Shown here piece by piece: positions 6,981 through 15,533 of a stretch of 19,963 nucleotides of DNA; within the stretch, counting starts at the first letter, position 1, and every line of letters starts with the position of its first letter. The stretch is taken from NCBI GenBank assembly GCA_037445915.1, contig JBBIJQ010000014.1:6918-26880 (forward strand), read 5' to 3'. This DNA comes from Planctomycetales bacterium (GTDB lineage: Bacteria > 4484-113). A program made the position numbers and the translations under genes. The notes under the pieces are model-generated. The model saw only the letters and a program-made list of their open reading frames with translations, did no database searches and was not told the DNA's origin.

Positions 6981-7771
6981 TATCCTTCTCCATATTTCTT
7001 AGGCCTCCTACGTAACATCTCCCGACAGCCAAGCGAAATGTAACGCCATATTGTTTGGCGAAGGGGCATTTTACTTGGCCCAGTTTTTAAGTCGTATCGC
7101 AGGATTAGAGGCACTTCCGCGCATTGCACGCCCATTCTGTTCAGTTTGAGCAGGATTTCAGCTTGGCATGCAAATCCCATCTCGGTAATGAAGTTATCGC
7201 CATACTTCTGGGCGGCACTGAAAATTGTTCGCGCTGCGTAAAGCCGAAAGCCCGATGAATAATCGTGAACGCCTCTGACCGGCAATAATTCACCCATAAG
7301 GCTAGAACACAAGCGGGAGAGGAATTTCCGCTGCTTGGACAAGCCGATTTCCTTCCCGCCGGCTACAAAGCGCGACGCGATAACGATTTCGTTCCCGCTT
7401 CTCGCAGCCTCCAGCAAAAGGAAGATAGTCTCAACGGGATGTGTCCCGTCAGCATCCATTGTTACGAGCACATCATCATCATTAGCCTGCGCAAGGAACA
7501 AGCCAATGCCGCTCTTTATCGCAGCGCCCAAGCCCATGTTTTGCTCGTGCGTAATTATGTTTATGGGCATCAATGATGCTGATGGCGAAGCCAACGTTGC
7601 CAAGGCGGCTTTCTGTGTGCCGTCTATGCTGCCGTCATCAACAATAATCAAGGCCACACGCATTCCCTGGTTACGCAGGAGCGTCTCCGCCAACCCGCTG
7701 AGTTGCCGCAGCACCGTAGGAAGCGCCTGCTCCTCGTTATAGCAAGGGAGTAACACCCATAGTCGACCCAT
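6980..7771 (-). CDS. GT2 polyprenol-phosphate glycosyltransferase (DPM1/ArnC-like)
   Basis: LPCYNEE, VDDGS.DGT, HEQN.GLGAA, MDADGTH, IASRF, D.SSGFR.Y motifs. Confidence 0.9.
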   Translation of the reverse strand: MGRLWVLLPCYNEEQALPTVLRQLSGLAETLLRNQGMRVALIIVDDGSIDGTQKAALATLASPSASLMPINIITHEQNMGLGAAIKSGIGLFLAQANDDDVLVTMDADGTHPVETIFLLLEAARSGNEIVIASRFVAGGKEIGLSKQRKFLSRLCSSLMGELLPVRGVHDYSSGFRLYAARTIFSAAQKYGDNFITEMGFACQAEILLKLNRMGVQCAEVPLILRYDLKTGPSKMPLRQTIWRYISLGCREMLRRRPKKYGEG

Positions 7772-7851
7772 CCTTAGATATTATACGCTCTCTTTTCTTT
7801 GAGCGCGCACATGGTAAGATAACTCGCTAAGCTCATTTGAAGGGAGTCACT

Positions 7852-8748
7852 ATGGCGAAAAGCGCGCACACTTGCGCAGACGCAGCTGCGGCCAACCGTT
7901 TTCATATCAGGTGGAAGCCAGAGACATACTGGCTGTCCGCAATCCTGTCGTTGCTCACTATATTTCTTATAAGCACAGCATCGGGCGGTTGGATCGTGGG
8001 GGCTCCTTTGAGTCGCGAAGGCTCGCTGATGATACTTCTGCTGTGCGCGCATATCTCTATATTGCTTCTAGTGATGCACGCCGTGAGCATCTTAATGCTC
8101 ACCCATATTTCCACGGGCCTGTTCACTTCTTGGGCCTACCGCAAACGCCTGCGAGACGCCTGGACTTGGATTCCGGCGGCAATGTTCCTTTCAGGCAGCG
8201 TATGGCCGCTTGCGGTGATGGCCCATTCTGGGCAGGCTATTTGGCCTTGGTGGTGGACTGAATGGGCAATAGGCATTGCCATCGCAAACCTACTACTTAT
8301 CATCCCGCTTATTCAAGCGCTTATGCGTTCAGTAACCCCAAAGTATTACTTGAAATCTCTTGTTGGCTGGGAAACCATCACAGAGGCTGACTTGAAGTCT
8401 GAGCTAAGCGGTCGACAAGAGGAAATTTGGCGGCTGGTATTACATGACATGATGCAGCGCTCAATAACGGAAGGCAGGCTTCTAGTCCTTAAAGAGATTT
8501 TGAATGCCTTAGAGAAACGTGCCGCAAAGCTCCTGCTGCTAGCATGCCCCGAGGATTCACCTGCGCTTGCTGAATCGCTTTGCGTCCCTTTTGCTGCAGC
8601 AATTAGAATTGGAAAAAGGGCCCAATCAGCGCTTTCGCTAAAGGTTATCCAGGCAACGCTGCATGCGATTTCATCGTATTGCGCCGGCAAAGGAATGGCA
8701 GGCGCGGCAGAAGTGTTTTTCCTATGTGCCGAGACATCTCACGACTAG
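7852..8748 (+). CDS. Hypothetical membrane protein (about 4 N-terminal TM helices plus a helical C-terminal domain)
   Basis: Long ORF with hydrophobic segments; AAGGGAG SD before ATG 7852. Confidence 0.65.
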   Translation: MAKSAHTCADAAAANRFHIRWKPETYWLSAILSLLTIFLISTASGGWIVGAPLSREGSLMILLLCAHISILLLVMHAVSILMLTHISTGLFTSWAYRKRLRDAWTWIPAAMFLSGSVWPLAVMAHSGQAIWPWWWTEWAIGIAIANLLLIIPLIQALMRSVTPKYYLKSLVGWETITEADLKSELSGRQEEIWRLVLHDMMQRSITEGRLLVLKEILNALEKRAAKLLLLACPEDSPALAESLCVPFAAAIRIGKRAQSALSLKVIQATLHAISSYCAGKGMAGAAEVFFLCAETSHD

Positions 8749-8799
8749 AGGCGTCTCAAATAGTGAAACTCGCTGTTTTGAGTGCTAGACTAAGCGCCT

Positions 8800-9927
8800 A
8801 TGCGTGTGATGCTAACAGGCGGCGGCACCGGCGGGCACATTTTTCCGCTGCTGGCTGTCGTTGAAGAGCTGCGCGCCATAAGCGCCAGCTGCGAGTTTCA
8901 CTGGTTCGGAAGCCGCCGCATGGAAGCTGAAATTGTGCCTCAAGCTGGCATACAGGGCACCTTTGTCAGCTTTACTTTCAGCTACCGCAAGCTAAGCCTG
9001 AACGCGCTCGGTTATTACCTGCGCACTATTCCTCCATGGCTGCTAGGGAGTCCAGTTTGGGCTGCGCTTAAAACGCTGTCGCGAATTCAGCCGGATGTTG
9101 TGCTTTCCTCAGGAGGCTATGTGAGCGTGCCGATGCTATTGGCGGCTAAGCTAAGCGGCATTCCCATTGCATTGTTGGAGATAAACAGTGTTCCAGGGCG
9201 CGCCACAAGAGGGAACGCGCGCACCGCTTGGAGAATCTACTGCGCAACTGAAAGTATCGCATCTCAGTTTGGTTCTTACCCAGCCAATAAGGTGCTTGTA
9301 ACCGGTTATCCGGTGCTGAAGCCCATGCTTACTCCATCGGAAGCCCGCGCGCACTTCGGATTACCCGCTAATTTACCAATACTCGTAATCCAAGGTGGCA
9401 GCAGCGGCGCGTCGCCAGTTAACAAAGTCATTGACGAAATGCTGCAAGATGTGGCATTAGCCAATAAACGCGGTGGCTATCTTGCTATCTTGCACCAGCG
9501 GGGAAATGCCTCAGGGGATGGGACACCCAGCCATTTACCTCATTGGCCGTACTACCGCACGATTAGCTTTGACAGGCATCTCACTTCCGTTTATTACGCC
9601 GCGTCACTGTATTTCGGCAGGTCTGGGGCTGCGACTGTCGGCGAACTGGCCGCAGCTAAGCTGCCAGCTGCGTTGATGCCTTATACAATGCATGCGGATA
9701 AGCAACAATACTCCAATGCTAACACTTTGGTAAGCGCAGGCGCTGCGGTTCTTTTTGACGAGAGCGATGCGGATGTTGCCGGAAAGCTAGGCGCGATGAT
9801 TGAGGAGTGCGTGTTTGGGGCCAGGGGAGAAGAAATGAGGGCGGGTTACTCCGGTATTCCATCGGATGGCGCTCTTTCCATTGCTACGGATATGGCCGTG
9901 CAGTTCTTCTCGGAGGGGAATAGATGA
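8800..9927 (+). CDS. murG: MurG-like UDP-GlcNAc:lipid I GlcNAc transferase (GT28)
   Basis: GGGTGGHIFP, GGYVS.P, E.N..PG, GGSSGA, RSGA.TV.E, Q..NA motifs. Confidence 0.85.
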   Translation: MRVMLTGGGTGGHIFPLLAVVEELRAISASCEFHWFGSRRMEAEIVPQAGIQGTFVSFTFSYRKLSLNALGYYLRTIPPWLLGSPVWAALKTLSRIQPDVVLSSGGYVSVPMLLAAKLSGIPIALLEINSVPGRATRGNARTAWRIYCATESIASQFGSYPANKVLVTGYPVLKPMLTPSEARAHFGLPANLPILVIQGGSSGASPVNKVIDEMLQDVALANKRGGYLAILHQRGNASGDGTPSHLPHWPYYRTISFDRHLTSVYYAASLYFGRSGAATVGELAAAKLPAALMPYTMHADKQQYSNANTLVSAGAAVLFDESDADVAGKLGAMIEECVFGARGEEMRAGYSGIPSDGALSIATDMAVQFFSEGNR

Positions 9928-11594
9928 GACACTGGGCGGCAGCGCATATCGCCGCCTGGCTCGTCTTGTTGGTGCTCAGCGGCGCGCCGGCGGATGAGAC
10001 GGCATCTTATGCCATAGACGTAGGGATCAAGACGTTGCAGGTTAGCTATAGGCCCATAATAGCCGACAACGGCCAGAACTATATCGCTTTTGACTTGTTG
10101 GCGAACGTTGAGAGCTACCGCGAGACGAGGACTGAGCCAGCCATAAAGCTTGGCCCGCAGCTAGGGGATTCCGAAGCTGGAGGGGAAGCTATCAAAGTTC
10201 AGCGCCCGGCCTTAAGTGAAGCTACCGTGCGCGAGTTCAAGATTGGAGATGCAAGCTATATTCTGGCCGAAGCTGTAGATGGCTCCCTGCGCGTGAGCGA
10301 CAGCAACATGGGATCAATCGGGTCTGGCGCAATAATACAAGGTAAGCGGATGTACATAGCCGAGGACTCCTTGTTTGCGATGGGCATAGCGCTATCTTAT
10401 GCTCCGGAGACGGGCAATATGCGCCTTCTTGGGATCCTGACATCTATATCGGGAAACAAGAGCGAGCAAACGCTGAACATCACTACGCTGCTGCCATCAC
10501 GTGCCGCTATTAGCGGAATAGAAGGCGGTTTTAAGGTTGTCCTAGAAGCTGTATTTGTGAAGGAAAGCTACGAGCGCCAGATCCTTGGCAGCTCCGTGAG
10601 CGTGCGAAACTTGCCATATCACCGCTTAGAGATAAGCTGCCGGCAGGAAACTATAACAGGCTACAAGCTCTACACTGATGAAAAGTCGCAGACAGAATTA
10701 AGCGTCCATTTAGCTAACCACTTTAATGTAGTCTCAACAGAGCGCACTTCTTCAGGCGAGATTGCGCTAACTGTAGGGTTCACGCGCCCTGTTGAAGTTA
10801 AAACGCAAGTGCTTCAGTCGCCGCCCCGGCTAGTGCTGGATTTCGCAGGCGCCATCTATCGTGAAGCTACAAAGTACATTGATGTGAAAGTCGGCGGAGT
10901 GCGCCAGATTAGGGTAGGGCAGTTCTCGCAAGACCCGCCGGTAGTCCGCGTTGTCGTGGAAATGTCGCGCCTGCTAGACTACCGCATTCTCAAGCAGGGC
11001 AGTGGCGAGAAGTACTACGTTCAGATGCTTAGCGCGCGCTTAGGGAAGGCGGCAATCATGCTGGATGCGGGGCACGGCGGGAGCGATACTGGCGCGATTG
11101 GCGTTACCGGACTTTTTGAAAAGGATATCGTTCTTTTAACGACTCAGCAGCTCCAGCGGAAACTGGAAAATATGGGGTATGAAATTGTCCTAACGCGAAA
11201 CAACGACAGCTTTGTTTCGCTTGGCGAGCGTGCAGATTATGCGAACAGCGCCCTGCCAATGATATTCGTCTCCATCCACGCAAACGCAATTGAAAACCCG
11301 CAGTTTACTGGTGTTATGACTTTTCACTATAAGGGATCCAACGAAGGGGTCAAGCTTGCTTCAGCCATACAACGCGCTTTGCTAAGCTCTACTGGCGCGG
11401 TTGACCGTGGCGTGCGGACAGCCAATTTTTTTGTGCTTCGCGAAACGGTCGTACCGGCAGTCTTGGTGGAAATAGGCTTTCTAACTAACTCAATTGAGGA
11501 GTACAAGCTAAGGGACCCGCATTACCAACAGAGGATAGTTAGCGGCCTGGCTGCAGGCATTGACGAGTACATGCGGACATTCGGGGGAGGGTAG
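9924..11594 (+). CDS. N-acetylmuramoyl-L-alanine amidase (Amidase_3) with an AMIN domain and signal peptide
   Basis: LDAGHGG.D.GA, EKD, SIHANA, VLVEIGFLTN; AMIN-like PPRLVLDF...IRVGQF...VRVVVE; ATGA overlap with murG. Confidence 0.9.
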   Translation: MRHWAAAHIAAWLVLLVLSGAPADETASYAIDVGIKTLQVSYRPIIADNGQNYIAFDLLANVESYRETRTEPAIKLGPQLGDSEAGGEAIKVQRPALSEATVREFKIGDASYILAEAVDGSLRVSDSNMGSIGSGAIIQGKRMYIAEDSLFAMGIALSYAPETGNMRLLGILTSISGNKSEQTLNITTLLPSRAAISGIEGGFKVVLEAVFVKESYERQILGSSVSVRNLPYHRLEISCRQETITGYKLYTDEKSQTELSVHLANHFNVVSTERTSSGEIALTVGFTRPVEVKTQVLQSPPRLVLDFAGAIYREATKYIDVKVGGVRQIRVGQFSQDPPVVRVVVEMSRLLDYRILKQGSGEKYYVQMLSARLGKAAIMLDAGHGGSDTGAIGVTGLFEKDIVLLTTQQLQRKLENMGYEIVLTRNNDSFVSLGERADYANSALPMIFVSIHANAIENPQFTGVMTFHYKGSNEGVKLASAIQRALLSSTGAVDRGVRTANFFVLRETVVPAVLVEIGFLTNSIEEYKLRDPHYQQRIVSGLAAGIDEYMRTFGGG

Positions 11595-11596
11595 CG

Positions 11597-12157
11597 ATGC
11601 TAGGGACATTGCGTAATGCGCTTGCACAGCCGCCTGATGTTGCTGCGAAAGCTCTCTTGGGCGGCGATCTTATACGGATTATGCCTGAAGGCGACGTAGT
11701 GGTTTGCCGAATCGTTGAGGCCGAGGCTTACCATGAAAGCGAACCCTGCTGCCATGCCTACCGTGGCGTTACGAGACGCAATGCTTCTATGTTCATGCGC
11801 GCAGGGCATGCTTACATCTATTTGATATACGGAATGTACTACTGCCTTAACGTGTCCTGCGGAAAGGAAGGTGAAGGCGCGGCTGTTTTAATACGAGCGG
11901 CCGAGCCAGTTATGCCAAGCAGCTTGAGATTGAGTGGGCCAGGATTGCTCTGTCAAGCACTTTGTATCAATCGCGAGCTAGATGGATGCGATATGCTGGC
12001 CCCAGCCTCAAGCCTAAGGCTTCACAAACGAGGTTTGATGCGCGGGGAGGAGGTTGCGGCGACGAAACGAATCGGATTGCCGGCGGAGGATAACTTGATG
12101 TGGCGATTCACCATAGCTCAATCCCCTTACTTATCACGCAAAACTAAAAGAGCTTAG
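11597..12157 (+). CDS. mpg: DNA-3-methyladenine glycosylase (MPG/AAG family)
   Basis: RIVE.EAY, MF..AGHAYIY.IYGMYYCLNV, AVLIRA.EP, GPG.LCQAL, RIG, WRF motifs. Confidence 0.93.
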   Translation: MLGTLRNALAQPPDVAAKALLGGDLIRIMPEGDVVVCRIVEAEAYHESEPCCHAYRGVTRRNASMFMRAGHAYIYLIYGMYYCLNVSCGKEGEGAAVLIRAAEPVMPSSLRLSGPGLLCQALCINRELDGCDMLAPASSLRLHKRGLMRGEEVAATKRIGLPAEDNLMWRFTIAQSPYLSRKTKRA

Positions 12158-14097
12158 AGGCAGCCCAGGCCGCATACGGCGCACGCATCAGCGCAAGACG
12201 GGCTGGCCTCCTTGCGAAAGTACTTCTGCCACTCATCCCATAAGTACTTCCTGCTAACGCCGGTATCAATATGCCCCCATGGGAACGCTTCATCCTCGTG
12301 CCGCTCACGATGTACTTCGTCCAGTGCATCTATTCCTGCCGAAGCGCATGCGTCAATCCATGTTTGCGCGGTGGTCGGCTTAAGCTCAGAATCCCAAAGC
12401 CCGCGCTCGTGAGCTTGTGCGATTACGCAAGCTAAGCGCCTGTCGCCGCGCGACAAAAGCGTCTCTAGGAAAGCCTCGTCGTAACCGGTGTATGATAGAT
12501 GCACACTCTTGCCCAACTGTGCGAATTCGTCTCGTAACAGCTTGTGTTTGGAACGCAGGCTGGACTCGTGCACAAGCGGCGCCCACTGCATAGGCGTATG
12601 GGGCTTTGGGATAAGTGCGTTAATGCTAACGTTGATATGTGGAGGGTGGGGGGCGTGTGCCCGCGCTAATCGCTTTAGCTCTCTCGTCAGCGAGACAATA
12701 GCCGTAACATCGTCTTCACTTTCACGGGGGAATCCGCACATAAAGTACAGCTTAAACTTATGCCAACCAGCCTCGCATGCGCGGGTTATCGTCTCTCGGA
12801 TGTCGTCTTCAACAATATGTTTGTTGATAGCGCTGCGGAGGGATGCGCTGCCAGCTTCCGGCGCAAAAGTCAGCGAGCTTTCTTTTGGCCTCCGCATCAG
12901 CGTAGCAACCTGCTGGGAGATAGAGTCCATTCGAAGTGAAGGGACGGATAGGTTCACCATCTGCTTGGATAGCTGCATGCGAAGTTGCTGAAGAATATCC
13001 AGTATCTGCGGGTGATCAAGGACAGATAAGCCTTGCAGGCTTAGCTGGTCGGCCCCTGTTGCTTTCGTGAGGGCCATACAGGAATTTGCGACTTCTCCAG
13101 CGCCCCTAACTCGCGCTGGCAGGTAAACGTGCCCTGCATGGCAAAACCGGCATCGTTGAGGGCAGCCACGCATAATCTCAATATTCGCCCAGTTGCCCGG
13201 CGTTTCCACCCAAGGAATAACTAGTTCAGTCGGCGCTGGCCATTGCGCGAAGTCATGGAGTATCCTGCGCTGGATACGTTTCGGCGCATACATTACATGG
13301 CGCAACTCAGAGCTTGTATTCAGTCCGCTAAAGTGACCATCCTCGTAACTCGGCGTGTAAAAACTAGGGATAAAAACGCCCGGTATGCGCGCTAGCTCTT
13401 CTAGTCGCCTAAGACGGGAGGCTCCGCGCATTTCAGCTAAGCAGTGCGCAATATCAAGCACCAATTCTTCGCCTTCACCAACCGCAACTGCGTCAAGCAT
13501 ATCTGCTATGGGCTCCGGGTTAAGCATGCACGCCCCGCCACCAATCACCAAGGGGCCGTCGTCGGGACGGTCCCGTTGCATAACTGGTATGCGGGCTAAG
13601 CGCAGGATGATTGGAAGGTTCAGAAAGCTACGCTCATGAGTAAAGGAGATCCCAACCGCGTCAAAAGAGCGCAAAGAGTGCTTTGATTCCAAAGTGCACA
13701 GCTCAATTCCTGACCGGATCATTACTTCACGCGCGTCAGCGCCAGGAAGGAAAAAGCGTTCGCAGAGATAAGGGCCGCCGGCTGCCGGAGACTTAGTTGG
13801 AGACCATCGTTCTGGCGAATTCACTACGGCATAGAGTATCTGCAATCCCAGATAAGACATCCCTAGCTCATACAAATCAGGGAAACCAAGGGCTAACCGG
13901 AAACGCGCCTCATTCCAGTTTTTCTGCACAGAGTATCTTTCCCCCCCGATATACCTCGCAGGCAGCTGCAAGGTATTTATCACTTCTTGAAGAGAGCCTG
14001 CTATCGCTGCTTTTTCAGCCCCCGCTTGCAGGGATGCGCTGCCTATGAAGCCAAGCGTTTCTAGTTCTTTTGGGATGCTGGGAGTATTTCCGCGCAC
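12154..14097 (-). CDS. B12-binding-domain radical SAM protein, TIGR03960-like
   Basis: PARYIGGE, FPDLYELGMS.LG, EIMRGCPQRCRFC (CxxxCxxC), TFAPEAGS, KLYFM.G, PKPHTP.QW, C-terminal CxxxCxxCG. Confidence 0.88.
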   Translation of the reverse strand: MRGNTPSIPKELETLGFIGSASLQAGAEKAAIAGSLQEVINTLQLPARYIGGERYSVQKNWNEARFRLALGFPDLYELGMSYLGLQILYAVVNSPERWSPTKSPAAGGPYLCERFFLPGADAREVMIRSGIELCTLESKHSLRSFDAVGISFTHERSFLNLPIILRLARIPVMQRDRPDDGPLVIGGGACMLNPEPIADMLDAVAVGEGEELVLDIAHCLAEMRGASRLRRLEELARIPGVFIPSFYTPSYEDGHFSGLNTSSELRHVMYAPKRIQRRILHDFAQWPAPTELVIPWVETPGNWANIEIMRGCPQRCRFCHAGHVYLPARVRGAGEVANSCMALTKATGADQLSLQGLSVLDHPQILDILQQLRMQLSKQMVNLSVPSLRMDSISQQVATLMRRPKESSLTFAPEAGSASLRSAINKHIVEDDIRETITRACEAGWHKFKLYFMCGFPRESEDDVTAIVSLTRELKRLARAHAPHPPHINVSINALIPKPHTPMQWAPLVHESSLRSKHKLLRDEFAQLGKSVHLSYTGYDEAFLETLLSRGDRRLACVIAQAHERGLWDSELKPTTAQTWIDACASAGIDALDEVHRERHEDEAFPWGHIDTGVSRKYLWDEWQKYFRKEASPSCADACAVCGLGCL

Positions 14098-14144
14098 GAC
14101 ACTATTATATGCGTATCTAGGAATAACGTTCTGGCGACAAAACG

Positions 14145-15464
14145 CTAGGCTTCTACACTTTCAATGCGTCGCATCTTTGCATTGCGGATGCGGTTGCCAA
14201 GCACGCGAATTACTTCAATTTGCCATCCGCTTACTGTGACTACGCTCCCAACGACAGGGATGTCGCCGTGCAAGTCTAATATAAGCCCGCCAAGTGTTTC
14301 ATAATCTTCTGCAAGAGGGAACTCAGCGCCAAGGGCAAAGGACAAATCACGAAGGCTAATTCCTGCATTCAGCAGGTACGAACCGTCGGAGAGTTGTTGA
14401 ACCTTGGATCGCATGATGTCGCTTTCGTCATAAACTTCACCGACGACTTCCTCCAGCAGGTCCTCAATCGTCACCAACCCCACCACCTGCCCGAACTCGT
14501 CAATGACGATGGCCATGTGAAGCTGCTCCGCGCGCATCTGCTTGAAAGCCGCCATCGCGGAAACGCTTTCGGGCACCGTCAGCGGCAGACGCACAATCTC
14601 CTGGAGCTGCCGCTGCCGTTCGCCTTTGCGGGCGTGGATGCCGGCGTCCTTGAGGTGCAGTACTCCGATGATATCGTCAATGCCGTCGCCGTACACTGGC
14701 ATGCGGCTGCGGCCGGTTTCCAGCGAAAGCTGGATAAACTCGTCCACCGTCTTTTCGCCCGAGATCATCACAAAGTCCGTCCGCGGCACCATCGCCTCGC
14801 GCACTTCCGTCTGCGCAAAGCTCAGCACGCGCTGCGCCAGCAGCCGTTCGTCGCGCGAAAAGTCTTCCGTCATCTCCAGGATTACGGCCAGCTCCGCGCT
14901 GGAATACTTCGCCTGCTCCGCGAGCTTAATGCCGAGCAGGCGGCACACCAGCGCCGTGGTGCCGGTAAGCAGCCGGATGAACGGCCACGTAATGATGATG
15001 AGGAACTTCAGCAACGGCGCCAGGTGCAGGGTCACCGGCAGCGCGTGTTGGTAGGCTATTCTCTTTGGTACAAGTTGCCCCAACACCATCAAGAAATAGC
15101 CGAAGAGTAAGGTGCAAAAAACAATGCCGGCGCTCAAAGCCGCCGGCGCGCTCAACCCCAGCGCCTCCAACCACCGTGCCATCACCGGCGAGAGAGCGGT
15201 TACTACCGTCGCCCCGCCCACCACGGCGGTAAGCGTGATGCCGATCTCCACCGCCGCCAGCATCTCGCTGGGCTCCTTGACCATCGGCAGCGCCATCTTC
15301 GCGCGCCAGTCGCCTTTGCGTACGAGCTGCAGCAGCACGCTTTGGCGCACCGCAATATAAGCAATCTCAATGAGCGCCATCAGCCCAGTGACCAGGATGA
15401 GGATGGCGAAGGCGATGGTTGAACTTAGCGGGTTGTCGCCGAGCAGTGATAATCCTAGTTCCAC
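14145..15464 (-). CDS. Hemolysin-family / CNNM (DUF21)-CBS-CorC transporter protein
   Basis: E.A....R, GQLVPKRIA, V.EAMVPR, SRMPVY, AIVIDEFG...GLVTIEDLLEEVVGE..DE, YETLGG motifs. Confidence 0.92.
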   Translation of the reverse strand: MELGLSLLGDNPLSSTIAFAILILVTGLMALIEIAYIAVRQSVLLQLVRKGDWRAKMALPMVKEPSEMLAAVEIGITLTAVVGGATVVTALSPVMARWLEALGLSAPAALSAGIVFCTLLFGYFLMVLGQLVPKRIAYQHALPVTLHLAPLLKFLIIITWPFIRLLTGTTALVCRLLGIKLAEQAKYSSAELAVILEMTEDFSRDERLLAQRVLSFAQTEVREAMVPRTDFVMISGEKTVDEFIQLSLETGRSRMPVYGDGIDDIIGVLHLKDAGIHARKGERQRQLQEIVRLPLTVPESVSAMAAFKQMRAEQLHMAIVIDEFGQVVGLVTIEDLLEEVVGEVYDESDIMRSKVQQLSDGSYLLNAGISLRDLSFALGAEFPLAEDYETLGGLILDLHGDIPVVGSVVTVSGWQIEVIRVLGNRIRNAKMRRIESVEA

Positions 15465-15533
15465 TTGAAGATGATTCTAAAGGCGAAGGTGTTGTCCGTC
15501 AAACATACAGGTGAGGTGTGAATATGAACAGAA

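Noticed and set aside
14394-15360. Long plus-strand ORFs (238, 170 and 82 aa) antisense to the CNNM gene
   Set aside because: Shadow ORFs caused by the high-GC codon bias of the real minus-strand gene; no recognisable motifs.
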